64,000 bases of DNA from Pseudomonadota bacterium (lineage in GTDB: Bacteria; Pseudomonadota; Alphaproteobacteria; Rhodobacterales; Rhodobacteraceae), in assembly GCA_041163945.1 (NCBI GenBank), contig JBEAQJ010000021.1, forward strand, positions 522 to 64,521. The letters are read 5' to 3'. This document shows, piece after piece, positions 29,224-38,806 of the stretch (the first letter of the stretch is position 1; each line of letters opens with the position of its first letter). A program made the position numbers and the translations under genes. The notes below the pieces were generated by a model that was given only the letters and a program-made list of their open reading frames with translations, ran no database searches and was not told the DNA's origin.

Positions 29224-30183
29224 TCATGCGCCGGCTTTTTCCTTTGCCTGGGCGTCGGTCGCCGCATATTTCCCGCTGGTTTGCGGCGGCAGCGGCGGCA
29301 GGCCTTGCGTGGTGCGTTCCAACCGCGTGTCGCGCGGCCATGTGCGGCGCAGATCGTCGCGCACCTTGATGCGCAAGCGGCCCAGATGGGTGCATTCCAG
29401 CTCGATCGTGTCGTCGTGCTGGATGCTGCTGAGCCCGCGGTGATTGGTGCCGGTGGCCAGCACATCGCCCGGTTCCAGCGCATGGATCGAGCTGACCCAT
29501 GAAATGCAGCGGGCGATGTTGTGGGCCATGTCGCTGGCGTGAAAGTTCTGCTTGAGAACGCCGTTCACCCACAGCTTGAGCGCGATGTCGTAAGGATCGG
29601 AAATTTCATCGGCGGTCACGATCCAAGGCCCCATGGGCGCAAAGGTTTCGCGCGACTTGCCTTGAAAGAACACGTTGCGATCCGGCGGCAAACCCCGCGC
29701 CGATCCGTCGAGGAAATTCATGTAGCCGAACACATGGTTCATGGCATCGGCTTCGCTGACATTGGCGGCGCGTTTGCCGATCACCACCGCAAATTCCGCC
29801 TCGCACTCGAAATTCGATGCCGGCGCGTCGGGCAGGATCATGGTGTCATCGGGCCCGATCACCGCATTCGACACCTTGTGGAACGCGTTGATCGGCGGTG
29901 CTTCGGGCAGGGTGCCGTCTTCCATGTAATTGGTGGCCATGCACACGATGTTGCGCGGGCGCGGCAGAGGGGCGCGGATGCGGATGCTGTCCAGGGGCTG
30001 GCCGGCCGCGGTCTTCACATGCGCCTCGATCCGGGCGCGGTGGCTGTCGAAATTCGCGATCAGCGCGGCCATCAGGTCTTCGCGGCGCAGATGCGGCAAA
30101 TCCATCAATAGGGCCGTGATGTTCACGCCCTCATCGTCCCGCAGCACGAAAACCTCGTGGTCGTTGCCGTAGAACAGACGCAT
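29224..30183 (-). CDS. Fumarylacetoacetate hydrolase family protein
   Basis: CMATNY, ECEAEFAVVIGK, GPWIVTADE and GDVLATGT motifs. Confidence 0.88.
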   Translation of the reverse strand: MRLFYGNDHEVFVLRDDEGVNITALLMDLPHLRREDLMAALIANFDSHRARIEAHVKTAAGQPLDSIRIRAPLPRPRNIVCMATNYMEDGTLPEAPPINAFHKVSNAVIGPDDTMILPDAPASNFECEAEFAVVIGKRAANVSEADAMNHVFGYMNFLDGSARGLPPDRNVFFQGKSRETFAPMGPWIVTADEISDPYDIALKLWVNGVLKQNFHASDMAHNIARCISWVSSIHALEPGDVLATGTNHRGLSSIQHDDTIELECTHLGRLRIKVRDDLRRTWPRDTRLERTTQGLPPLPPQTSGKYAATDAQAKEKAGA

Positions 30184-30238
30184 GCGCTTTCCCCCCGTAT
30201 CGGTCGCTAATCTGATTCTTTTTTATCTTTGTCGTAGG

Positions 30239-30279
30239 ATTGTCGATAATTTTATTTACGGCAAATCTTTTTCGATAAT
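30239..30279. promoter_or_regulatory. Putative GntR/FadR-family operator pair
   Basis: Near-palindrome ATTGTCGATAAT (30239-30250) and a related TTTTTCGATAAT (30268-30279) in the AT-rich divergent promoter. Confidence 0.5.
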
Positions 30280-30475
30280 GTATGGATTGCGCGTGCCGCT
30301 ATCGTTGGATTCATCATCGATCCCCGGCGCCCTTGTGCGCCCCTGGGTCGATGGCATGGCGGTATCGGCATCGCCGGGCCAAGGCCGATGTTTGGCGATT
30401 TCTGTCGCGTTTGTGGGCACTTGTCGGACCGTCCCGGATGGCTTACGTCGCGCGATGTTGTCGATGAGGACGAAG

Positions 30476-31147
30476 ATGACGGGGAATATCACGGGCAAGC
30501 CGCAGTCGCTGGGCATTTCGGTTTTTCACGAGATCAAGCGCGACATCTTGATGGCCAGCTTGGCGCCGGGCGAAAAGCTTGGGCTCAAGATGCTGTCGGA
30601 TCGTTACGACTGCGGCGCCTCGCCCATCCGCGAAGCGCTGAACCAGCTGGCCGTCGAAGGCTGGGTGCAGCGCATCGACAAGCGGGGTTTTTTCGTGGCC
30701 GATGCCACAGCCGCCGATTTCACCGACATCTTGCAAAACCGCTGCCTGCTGGAGGCCGAGGCCCTGCGCCGCGCGATCGCCCATGGCGACAGCCGCTGGG
30801 AAGAACAGGTGGTCGTGGCCCATTTCCGCATGAGCGCGCTCGACCGCGATTCCGACGATCGGCCGGGGGCGACGGTTTCGGCTTGGGAAATGGCCCACCG
30901 CAATTTCCACGAAGCATTAATTTCGGCATGCAATTCCCGAATTTTGTTAGAAAATTGTGCAAAGCTTTATGAATTGAACATCCGCTATCGCGTGCTGGCC
31001 CGCGGCAAGTCGCGCGTGGTGCGCAACGTCGTGCACGAGCATGACGAGATCAAGGAATTGACCCTGAAGCGCGATGCAGATGCGGCGGTGGATGCCTTGG
31101 TGCGGCACTACATGGCAACGGGCGATTTCCTCTATCCGTCGCGTTAG
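30476..31147 (+). CDS. GntR-family regulator with FCD domain
   Basis: LAPGEKL, SPIREALNQL, GFFV, and FCD motifs HRNFH and HEHDEI. ATG after GAGGA. Confidence 0.9.
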   Translation: MTGNITGKPQSLGISVFHEIKRDILMASLAPGEKLGLKMLSDRYDCGASPIREALNQLAVEGWVQRIDKRGFFVADATAADFTDILQNRCLLEAEALRRAIAHGDSRWEEQVVVAHFRMSALDRDSDDRPGATVSAWEMAHRNFHEALISACNSRILLENCAKLYELNIRYRVLARGKSRVVRNVVHEHDEIKELTLKRDADAAVDALVRHYMATGDFLYPSR

Positions 31148-31195
31148 GGCGCCGGTGCGGTCGCGGCGACAGCGGCGGCGACAGCGACAGCGGCG

Positions 31196-32257
31196 CTAGG
31201 CTTGGCGCGCCAGCCCGATGCCTTCGATCAGATGGCGCAGCCCCAGCCAGCCGCCCAGCCACATGGTGATCACCACCACCGGCGCGTGGTAGGACAGCAC
31301 CGAAAGCGCACCCAGACCTTGGCCCACCGAACAGCCGGCCGCCAGAACCGCGCCGATGCCCATCAGCACAGCGCCGCCCATCTGGCGTTTCAATTCACGC
31401 GGATCATCGCAGGCCTCCCAACGGAAGCCATCGCGGATCACGCTGCCGATCAGGGCGCCGATCACCACGCCCACCACCGATCCGATGGCGAAATCGGGCT
31501 CCAGGCCCGAGGCAAACATCGTGTAGCGGATGGTATCGCCCACGGCCGCGGTAAAGGTGTGCGATTGCACGACCCAAGGCTCAAAGCCGGTCGTGGCCAC
31601 CCAATAGCTGCCCACGAACCCCGAGGTGATGGCCAGCCCCGCCATGCTTGCCCAGAAACTTTCTTTCCACCGCCGCGCCCGCAACAGGGCCGCCCCGGCC
31701 ACGCCGGACATCACGATGCCAATCGCCCCGCCGATGGCAAAGGCCGGCAGCCCCGTCGCGCTGCCGATGGCATGCGCCCAGCCCTGGGGCGTGGCTTGCA
31801 TGGGGGCCACCGGAAACAGCCCCGCCCGAAGTGCGGCGAGCGGCCCCGACAGCATGACATAGGCGGTGATCCCCATCACCAGCGCGATCACCAGCGCCCG
31901 CAGATCGCCGCCACCCAGCCGCGCCAGCATGCCGTAGCCGCAATTGCCTGCATGGGCCATGCCATAGCCGAACAAAAGCCCCCCCAGCGCGGCTCCCGCC
32001 AACGTAAAGCCGGTTTGCAGATACATGGTTTGCTGCAAGCGGATGATCCCGGCCGCTTCGGCCAGGAAATTGCCCGACAGCGCCACACCAAGCGCCAGCA
32101 CCCACATCCACAAGCGCGTGCGATCGCGCCCGTAGTGCACGTCTTCGATCATGCCCAGCGTGCAAAATCGGCCCAGCCGGGCCGCAAGCCCAAGCACAAC
32201 ACCACCGACAAGGCCGATCAAGGTGATCGACCAGCTTTCACCGATCAGGTCGAGCAT
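31196..32257 (-). CDS. soxT: YeeE/YedE-family sulfur transporter (SoxT), next to soxR
   Basis: Multi-TM protein with FCT, GNCG, ACDD and GCS cysteine motifs. Directly downstream of soxR. Confidence 0.85.
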   Translation of the reverse strand: MLDLIGESWSITLIGLVGGVVLGLAARLGRFCTLGMIEDVHYGRDRTRLWMWVLALGVALSGNFLAEAAGIIRLQQTMYLQTGFTLAGAALGGLLFGYGMAHAGNCGYGMLARLGGGDLRALVIALVMGITAYVMLSGPLAALRAGLFPVAPMQATPQGWAHAIGSATGLPAFAIGGAIGIVMSGVAGAALLRARRWKESFWASMAGLAITSGFVGSYWVATTGFEPWVVQSHTFTAAVGDTIRYTMFASGLEPDFAIGSVVGVVIGALIGSVIRDGFRWEACDDPRELKRQMGGAVLMGIGAVLAAGCSVGQGLGALSVLSYHAPVVVITMWLGGWLGLRHLIEGIGLARQA

Positions 32258-32302
32258 GTTCCCTCCCTTGCTGCCCGGCCTGCGCCGGTCTGGCAGTGCA
32301 GG

Positions 32303-32692
32303 TCAGGTGCAGAACAACTCGTAGACCCGTTCGATGATCATGCGCGCCCGGTCATCTGTCAAACTGTAATAGATCTGCTTGCCGTCGCGTCGCGCGGTCA
32401 CCAGCCCCTCGAGCCGCAGACGCGACAATTGCTGCGACACCGCCGCTTGGCGTGAGGACAGCATTTCCTCGATCTCGGTCACCGATTTCTCGCCGTTGGC
32501 CAGCGAACACAGGATCATCAGCCGCCCCTCGTGGCTGATGGCCTTCAGGAAATCCGAAGCGGTCTGGGCGTTGTCGCGCAATCGCCGCCACGTGGCGTCG
32601 TCGATCTTTTGATCGATGCGGGGCAAGATTGACCCCGGCGGTTCAGCCCGATCCAGCGGGTCAAGATCTGACATGTCCCTATGCAAGGTCAT
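32303..32692 (-). CDS. soxR: ArsR/SmtB repressor SoxR (BigR/SqrR type)
   Basis: FLKAISHEGRLMILCSL, VSQQLSRLR and C-terminal ELFC, giving the two persulfide-sensing cysteines. Start uncertain. Confidence 0.88.
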   Translation of the reverse strand: MTLHRDMSDLDPLDRAEPPGSILPRIDQKIDDATWRRLRDNAQTASDFLKAISHEGRLMILCSLANGEKSVTEIEEMLSSRQAAVSQQLSRLRLEGLVTARRDGKQIYYSLTDDRARMIIERVYELFCT

Positions 32693-32762
32693 CCCATCGC
32701 CCCCTTTGCGCGCAAAATGCGCGCGCACGGCCACAAATCAAGGGAAAAATCGATCTTGCCCA

Positions 32763-33212
32763 TCATCCGCGCCCTGCCTGTGTCGCCCAATCCGCATCGC
32801 CTTGGCGCAGCAGCTGGTCGAGCAGCACCCAAAAGAAATCTTCGCCCGGGTAGCCTTCGAGCCGGGCGATTTCCCGGCCATCCAGGGTCAGAACGAAGGT
32901 GGGGGTGAACACGGGCCGGCGGACCAGGATCAGGTCGTCGGGCAGCGCCCGCAGATCCACCACGCGCAGCGGCGCAAAGCGTCCTTCGGGCGTGATCGGG
33001 TATTCCGGGCCCACATCGGCATGCCAGCTTTTGCAATAGGAACACCCGCGTTGTTCGACCATCACCAGCTCAAACCCGCGAACCGCCCCGGCGGGCCCGG
33101 CCGCTTGCACCGGCGCCACGACGGCCACAAGCATGCAGATCATCACCATCGCCAGCCGGGCAACCCAGCGGCGACTTGAAGATGGCGAATGCAACGTTGA
33201 CGAAAGTCTCAT
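32763..33212 (-). CDS. soxS: Periplasmic thioredoxin-like SoxS
   Basis: C-terminal part of the 611-aa track ORF: signal peptide, EQRGCSYC, FTPTFVL and RLEGYPGEDFFW. Confidence 0.85.
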   Translation of the reverse strand: MRLSSTLHSPSSSRRWVARLAMVMICMLVAVVAPVQAAGPAGAVRGFELVMVEQRGCSYCKSWHADVGPEYPITPEGRFAPLRVVDLRALPDDLILVRRPVFTPTFVLTLDGREIARLEGYPGEDFFWVLLDQLLRQGDADWATQAGRG

Positions 33213-33219
33213 GGCAGCA

Positions 33220-33241
33220 TTAATATGAATTTTTGAATGTG
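33220..33241 (-). promoter_or_regulatory. Putative SoxR operator (soxS-soxV)
   Basis: Reverse strand reads CACATTCAAAAATTCATATTAA, an AT-rich island in the divergent promoter that aligns with two other sox intergenic motifs. Confidence 0.65.
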
Positions 33242-33263
33242 AAGTCCACGGCAGGGCCCTCAA

Positions 33264-34004
33264 ATGTTCGATATTTCGATGACGGGTGCCTTTCTTGCCG
33301 GTCTGTTGTCGTTCCTGTCGCCCTGTATCCTTCCAATGGTGCCCTTTTACCTGAGCTATCTGGGCGGCATGAGCGCGGCCGAGGTGGCGCAAGGGGGCCG
33401 TTTGACCCAAGCGGTCCGGTTGCGGGCGGTGCTGGGGGCATCGGTGTTTGCCGCCGGCGTTTTGACGGTGTTCGTGGCGTTGGGGGCGTCGGCCTCGGTC
33501 TTTGGGCAGGTGCTGCGCGACTGGTTCGATGTGCTGCGCTATGTGGCGGCGGCGCTGATCATCGGCATGGGGCTGCATTTCCTGGGCGTGATCCGCATCG
33601 GTTTTCTCAATCGCAGCTTGCGGGCCGAACCGGGCAACACGGCCAACCTTGGGCTGGGCGGGGCCTATCTGATCGGGTTGGCTTTTGCCTTTGGCTGGAC
33701 GCCCTGCGTGGGCCCGGTGCTGGCGGCGATCTTGTTCATGGCGGGCACGACCGACACCGCAGGGCAGGGGATGGCGCTGCTGACCGCCTATGGTGTCGGC
33801 ATGACGCTGCCCTTCGTGTTGGCGGCGGGCTTTGTCGGCCCCTTCATGGCACTGATGGGCCGGTTCCGCCGGCATCTGGGCACGGTCGAAAAGATCATGG
33901 GCGGCGCCTTGGTTGTGTTCGGCGTTTTGATCGCCACCAATGCGCTGCTCTACATCGGAGAGTGGATGATCAATGAATTCGCGGTGTTTCAAACCATCGG
34001 CTAG
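33264..34004 (+). CDS. soxV: CcdA-like membrane protein SoxV
   Basis: FLSPCILP and GWTPCVGP motifs. Confidence 0.92.
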   Translation: MFDISMTGAFLAGLLSFLSPCILPMVPFYLSYLGGMSAAEVAQGGRLTQAVRLRAVLGASVFAAGVLTVFVALGASASVFGQVLRDWFDVLRYVAAALIIGMGLHFLGVIRIGFLNRSLRAEPGNTANLGLGGAYLIGLAFAFGWTPCVGPVLAAILFMAGTTDTAGQGMALLTAYGVGMTLPFVLAAGFVGPFMALMGRFRRHLGTVEKIMGGALVVFGVLIATNALLYIGEWMINEFAVFQTIG

Positions 34005-34061
34005 GCGCCGCGCCAAGCCGATGGCCGCAGCCATAGCATCGGGCAAGAGGAGGCCCCCATC

Positions 34062-34643
34062 ATGTTCGCACGCCTGACGGTTTGGATCACAGCCGCCGCC
34101 ATCGCCATCAGCACGCCCGCGCTGGCCGAACTGGGCGATGATGGCCTGCATGTCGCGCCCTGGTTGAACGACACGTTCTTGGATCTGCGCGAAGATCTGG
34201 CCGATGCCAACGCCCAAGGGCGCCGGTTTGCGGTGATCATCGAACAGCGCGGCTGCATCTACTGTTCGCGCATGCACGAAGAGGTCTGGGTCGAACCCGA
34301 CATCCTGCAGATGCTGGAAAACGATTTCTATTTCGTGCGCATCAACATGCATGGCTCGACCGAAGTGACCGATTTCGACGGCGAGACGATGGAGGAACGC
34401 CAGATCGCGCGGCGCTGGCGCAACATGTTCACGCCGACGATCCTGTTCTTTCCCGAAGACGTTCCCGACGGCATCAGCGGGATCGAGGCCGCGGCCGTCG
34501 TGATGCCCGGCGCCTTCGGGCGCTGGACCACCTTCAACATGCTGAACTGGGTCTTGGAAAAAGGCTATGCGGGCGACGAAGATTTCCAGCGCTACCACGC
34601 CCGCAAATTTGCCGAACAGGCCGCGGCGGGGGCCACGGAATGA
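34062..34643 (+). CDS. soxW: Periplasmic thioredoxin SoxW
   Basis: Signal peptide, EQRGCIYC and FTPT motifs. Confidence 0.9.
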   Translation: MFARLTVWITAAAIAISTPALAELGDDGLHVAPWLNDTFLDLREDLADANAQGRRFAVIIEQRGCIYCSRMHEEVWVEPDILQMLENDFYFVRINMHGSTEVTDFDGETMEERQIARRWRNMFTPTILFFPEDVPDGISGIEAAAVVMPGAFGRWTTFNMLNWVLEKGYAGDEDFQRYHARKFAEQAAAGATE

Positions 34644-34689
34644 CCGCGCGGGTCATGCCAGCCCGGGCAAGGGGCGCGGGTTTTCGCGT

Positions 34690-34711
34690 CACATGCAGAA
34701 AATCAAATGTG
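34690..34711 (+). promoter_or_regulatory. Putative SoxR operator (soxW-soxX)
   Basis: CACAT-GCAGAAAATCAA-ATGTG inverted repeat upstream of soxX. Confidence 0.6.
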
Positions 34712-34785
34712 TTGTTGCAATCACAAGGCGAGTGTGGCTACGGTATACCACGGCCTACCGACTCGGCCTAAGGGAGGAAATCAAC

Positions 34786-35262
34786 ATGAAGCACCAGATG
34801 CTTTTGGTGGCGGGCTTTGTCTTGGCTGCCACGGGTCTTCAAGCTGACGTTATCGCCCCGGGCGATGTCGTGGCCAATGAATACGGTGAAATTGCGCAAA
34901 GCCTGTCCGGCCAGCCCGGCGACATCCAGCGCGGCAAGGAAATCATGGCTGCGCGCGGAAAGGGCAATTGCCTGGCCTGCCACCAGGTCAGCGCGCTGGC
35001 CGACCAGCCCTGGCATGGCGAGGTCGGGCCGTCGCTGGATGGCGTCGGCGCACGTTGGGACGAAGCGGCGCTGCGCGGCCTTTTGGTCAATGCCGATGTC
35101 ACCTTCCCCGACTCGATCATGCCGGCGTTCTACAAGGTGTCTGGCTTCACCCGCCCCGGTGACGCCTTTACCACGCGCCCGGCCCCCGATCCGTTGGCCC
35201 CGCTGCTGGCGGCGCAGGAAATCGAGGATGTCGTCGCCTTTCTGATGACCCTGACCGAATAG
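34786..35262 (+). CDS. soxX: Monoheme cytochrome c SoxX
   Basis: GNCLACH, GEVGPSL and IMPAFY. ATG after GGAGG. Confidence 0.93.
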   Translation: MKHQMLLVAGFVLAATGLQADVIAPGDVVANEYGEIAQSLSGQPGDIQRGKEIMAARGKGNCLACHQVSALADQPWHGEVGPSLDGVGARWDEAALRGLLVNADVTFPDSIMPAFYKVSGFTRPGDAFTTRPAPDPLAPLLAAQEIEDVVAFLMTLTE

Positions 35263-35306
35263 TGTTCCGGTCGGCCCGCCGACCCCCGATACCCAAGGAG
35301 ACCCTT

Positions 35307-35729
35307 ATGACCCAGACACGCAGACAGTTCGTCGGCAACGGGCTGGCCGTGGCGGCAGCATTTTTCGGGCTGCCCCACATCGCCTCGGCCGCGACGCTTG
35401 AGGAGGCCATTGCCGCCTTTACCAGCGGCAGCGACGCGGGTGCCGACGGCATCACGCTGATCGCGCCCGAGATTGCCGAGAACGGCAACACCGTTCCGAT
35501 CGAGGTCAGCGCCCCCGGTGCTGCGGCCATCATGCTTTTGGCTGCCCGCAACCCCAGCCCCGATGTCTGCACCTTTGAATTCGGGCCTGCGGCCGGGTCG
35601 CAGATGGTGTCCACCCGCATCCGTCTGGCCGGCGAACAAGAGGTGATCGCGATCGCCCGCATGGCCGATGGCAGCTTCAAGCAGGCGCGCCAGAACGTGC
35701 GCGTGACCATCGGCGGCTGCGGCGGCTGA
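35307..35729 (+). CDS. soxY: Sulfur carrier SoxY
   Basis: Tat signal TRRQFV, APEIAENGNTVP and C-terminal VTIGGCGG. Confidence 0.96.
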   Translation: MTQTRRQFVGNGLAVAAAFFGLPHIASAATLEEAIAAFTSGSDAGADGITLIAPEIAENGNTVPIEVSAPGAAAIMLLAARNPSPDVCTFEFGPAAGSQMVSTRIRLAGEQEVIAIARMADGSFKQARQNVRVTIGGCGG

Positions 35730-35754
35730 ACCCAACAGGACAAGGAGACCAGAA

Positions 35755-36084
35755 ATGGCAGAGAATATCGTTCCCCGCGTCCGCGTGCCGCGCGATGCAA
35801 AAGCCGGCGACGTCGTGTCGGTTCGCACCTTGATCAGCCACCCGATGGAAAGCGGGCTGCGTCGCGGCAGCGATGGCAACCTGATCCCGCGCCAGATCAT
35901 CAACCGCTTCACCTGCACCTTCAACGGGGCAACGGTGGTGGATGTGACCGTGCATCCGGGCGTGTCGACAAACCCGTATTTTCAGTTCGAAGCCAAGGTG
36001 GACGCAAGCGGAACCTTCGCCTTCTCTTGGTATGACGACAACGGATCGGTCTACACCGACACGGCTGAGATCGCGGTCGCCTGA
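35755..36084 (+). CDS. soxZ: SoxZ
   Basis: LISHPMESGLR and STNPYFQF. Confidence 0.96.
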   Translation: MAENIVPRVRVPRDAKAGDVVSVRTLISHPMESGLRRGSDGNLIPRQIINRFTCTFNGATVVDVTVHPGVSTNPYFQFEAKVDASGTFAFSWYDDNGSVYTDTAEIAVA

Positions 36085-36123
36085 CGGCGGCGCGATCTTG
36101 CCCCAGCCGTCGCAAGGGAGGAG

Positions 36124-36999
36124 ATGATGGCCATGAACAAAAAAACGCTTCTTGGTGGGACCGCGGCAGCGATTGTTGCCGTGGTTGCCGCCGGTGTCGG
36201 TTTTGCCGATATCCGTACGGGCGACAGTCTCGTGATCAATGGCGAGATCCAGATCGTCACGGAAACGGCCCCGCCGGCCTTTCTGGAGGGGGTGTTCAAC
36301 ACCGTCTATTCGGGCTGGGTGTTCCGCACCGATGAAACGCGGGCCATGCAGGCCGATGATTTCGACAACCCTGCGATGCTTTACGTCGAACAGGGGCAGA
36401 CGGCTTTCGACACGCCGATGGGCACCGAAGGCAAGAGCTGCGCAAGCTGTCATGACAATGCCGAAAGCCTGGCCGGCGTGCGTGCGACCTATCCCAAATG
36501 GGATGCGGCGCATGGCGCGATCCAGACGGTCGAGATGCAGGTGATCGAATGCCAGACCGAACGGATGGGCGTGGCCGAGCCTTATGGCTATGACAGCCAG
36601 CAGATGCGCAACATGGTCGCCCTGATCGCGTCGGTCGGGCGTGGGCAGACGGTCAATGTGGCCATCGACGGCCCCGCGGCGGACGCTTGGGAAAAGGGTC
36701 GCGAGATCTATTATACCCAGTATGGTCAGATGGAACTGAGCTGCGCGCAGTGCCATGAAAACAACTATGGCAACCTGATCCGGGCCGACCACCTGAGCCA
36801 GGGCCAGGTCAACGGGTTTCCGACCTATCGGTTGAAGAACGCCAATATCGTGTCGGTGCACAACCGCTTCCGCGGCTGTATCCGCGACACGCGCGGTGAA
36901 CCCTATGCGATCGGCAGCCCGGAATTTGTCGCGCTTGAGCTTTACGTCGCTTCGCGCGGCAACGGGCTGAGCGTGGAAGGCCCGGCCGTCCGCAACTGA
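36124..36999 (+). CDS. soxA: Diheme cytochrome c SoxA
   Basis: CASCH, CAQCH, FPTYR and RFRGCIRDTR. Confidence 0.95.
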   Translation: MMAMNKKTLLGGTAAAIVAVVAAGVGFADIRTGDSLVINGEIQIVTETAPPAFLEGVFNTVYSGWVFRTDETRAMQADDFDNPAMLYVEQGQTAFDTPMGTEGKSCASCHDNAESLAGVRATYPKWDAAHGAIQTVEMQVIECQTERMGVAEPYGYDSQQMRNMVALIASVGRGQTVNVAIDGPAADAWEKGREIYYTQYGQMELSCAQCHENNYGNLIRADHLSQGQVNGFPTYRLKNANIVSVHNRFRGCIRDTRGEPYAIGSPEFVALELYVASRGNGLSVEGPAVRN

Positions 37000-37010
37000 T
37001 CTAGCAGCGC

Positions 37011-37040
37011 GCCCACCCCGGACGTTCCGGGGTGGGCTTT
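37011..37040 (+). terminator. Hairpin after soxA (terminator or stabiliser)
   Basis: 12-bp perfect stem GCCCACCCCGGA-CGT-TCCGGGGTGGGC followed by TTT. Confidence 0.6.
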
Positions 37041-37047
37041 GCCCGCA

Positions 37048-37069
37048 CACATTCAATAATTGGAATAAC
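37048..37069 (+). promoter_or_regulatory. Putative third SoxR operator (soxA-soxB)
   Basis: CACATTCAATAATTGGAATAAC contains a perfect ATTC-N8-GAAT. Confidence 0.6.
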
Positions 37070-37084
37070 TTCAGGGGTTGTATC

Positions 37085-38779
37085 ATGATTTCGCGTCGCC
37101 ACTTCGTGCAGGCTGCCTTGGCCACTTCGGCGCTTTACGGGGCGTCGGGGTTTGGCCAGTGGGCCCGGCTTGCCGCGCAGCAAACGCTGTCGCAGGACGC
37201 GCTGATCGGCACGGGTGGTCCGGGCAACGTGACCTTGATGCATATCACCGACATCCACGCCCAGACCCAGCCGATCTATTTCCGGGAACCGGAATTCAAC
37301 ATCGGTGTGGGCATCCATGCCGGCCAGCCGCCGCATCTGGTCGGCGCCGATTTCCGCGCCCGGTTCGGAATCGATCCGGCCAGCGCGATGGATTACGCGC
37401 TGACCTACAGCGATTTCGATGCGATGGCGCGCAGCTATGGCCGCATGGGCGGGCTTGACCGCATTTCCACCGTGATCAAGGCGATCCGCGCGCAAGCCCC
37501 CCACGCCTTGCTGCTGGACGGGGGCGATACCTGGCAGGGTTCGCTGCCCAGCCTGCGCACGCGCGGCATGGATATGGTGGAGCTGATGAATGCCTTGGGC
37601 GTCGATGCCATGACGTCGCATTGGGAATTCACGCTGGGCTCGGAACGGGTGAACGAGCTGATCGAAAACCATGTCAACCCGGCTTTCCTGGGCGCCAACA
37701 TCTTTGATGTCGAATGGGACGAGCCGGTCTATGACGACTACAAGATCTTCGAGCGCAACGGCACGGCCATCGGCGTGATCGGTCAGGCCTTTCCCTATAT
37801 GCCGATCGCCAACCCCGGCTGGATGTTCCCGGAACTGAGCTTTGGCTTGCGCCGCGAACGCATCGCCGAAGTGGTGCAAGAGGTGCGCGATGCGGGCGCA
37901 CAGGTGGTGGTGCTGTTGTCGCACAACGGCTTTGACGTGGACCGCCAGTTTGCCCGCGACATTCCGGGCATCGACGTGATCCTGACCGGCCACACCCATG
38001 ACGCGCTGCCCGAACCCATTCAGGTTGGCAACACCTTCCTGATTGCCAGCGGATCGCATGGCAAGTTTCTAAGCCGGGTTGATCTGGATGTGCAGAATGG
38101 CGCGATGAAGGGCATCAGCCACCGCCTGATCCCGATCTTTTCCGATGTCATCGCGCCCGATCCCGAGATGACGGCGCTGGTTGATGAAACCCGTGCGCCC
38201 TACGCCGCCGAGATGTCCGAGGTGATCGGCCAATCGGGGGCGTTGTTGTACCGGCGGGGCAATTTCAACGGCACATGGGATGATGTGATCTGCGATGCGC
38301 TGATTTCCCAGCGCGATGCGCAGATCGCGCTCAGCCCCGGGTTCCGCTGGGGGGCGGCGGTGCTGCCCGGTCAGGATATCACCCGCGAAGACATCTACAA
38401 CGTCACCGCCATGACCTATCCCAATGCCTACCGGATGGAGATGACGGGCGAAACGCTGCACACCATCATGGAAGATGTCGCGGCCAATATCTTCAACCCC
38501 GACGCCTATTACCAGCAGGGCGGTGACATGGTTCGGGTTGGCGGGCTCGGCTACCGCATCGACATCACCAAGCCGCAGGGCAGCCGCATCACCGAAATGA
38601 CGCTGCTGGCGACCGGGGAACAGCTGGTGGCCGACAAACCCTATGTCGTGGCCGGCTGGGCCAGCGTCAACGAGGGCACCGAAGGCCCGCCGATCTGGGA
38701 TGTGGTCGAAAACCACATCCGCGCCCAGGGGACCATCACCCTTGAACCCAACAACACAGTCGACGTCGTGGGCGGCTAA
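37085..38779 (+). CDS. soxB: Thiosulfohydrolase SoxB
   Basis: Tat signal SRRHFV, HITDIHAQ, DGGDTWQG, TGHTHD, YRRGNFNG and QQGGDMVR. Confidence 0.96.
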   Translation: MISRRHFVQAALATSALYGASGFGQWARLAAQQTLSQDALIGTGGPGNVTLMHITDIHAQTQPIYFREPEFNIGVGIHAGQPPHLVGADFRARFGIDPASAMDYALTYSDFDAMARSYGRMGGLDRISTVIKAIRAQAPHALLLDGGDTWQGSLPSLRTRGMDMVELMNALGVDAMTSHWEFTLGSERVNELIENHVNPAFLGANIFDVEWDEPVYDDYKIFERNGTAIGVIGQAFPYMPIANPGWMFPELSFGLRRERIAEVVQEVRDAGAQVVVLLSHNGFDVDRQFARDIPGIDVILTGHTHDALPEPIQVGNTFLIASGSHGKFLSRVDLDVQNGAMKGISHRLIPIFSDVIAPDPEMTALVDETRAPYAAEMSEVIGQSGALLYRRGNFNGTWDDVICDALISQRDAQIALSPGFRWGAAVLPGQDITREDIYNVTAMTYPNAYRMEMTGETLHTIMEDVAANIFNPDAYYQQGGDMVRVGGLGYRIDITKPQGSRITEMTLLATGEQLVADKPYVVAGWASVNEGTEGPPIWDVVENHIRAQGTITLEPNNTVDVVGG

Positions 38780-38806
38780 GGCCGCAGCCGTAACAGAGGT
38801 ATGGAT

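Noticed and set aside
31163-31196. Short GCGACAGCG repeats between the GntR gene and soxT
   Set aside because: Only three short copies with no spacers. Low-complexity GC sequence, not a CRISPR array or a supportable att site.
32763-34598. 611-aa minus-strand ORF that looks like a large SoxS fusion
   Set aside because: Only the last 149 codons are SoxS. The rest is the antisense shadow of soxV and soxW.
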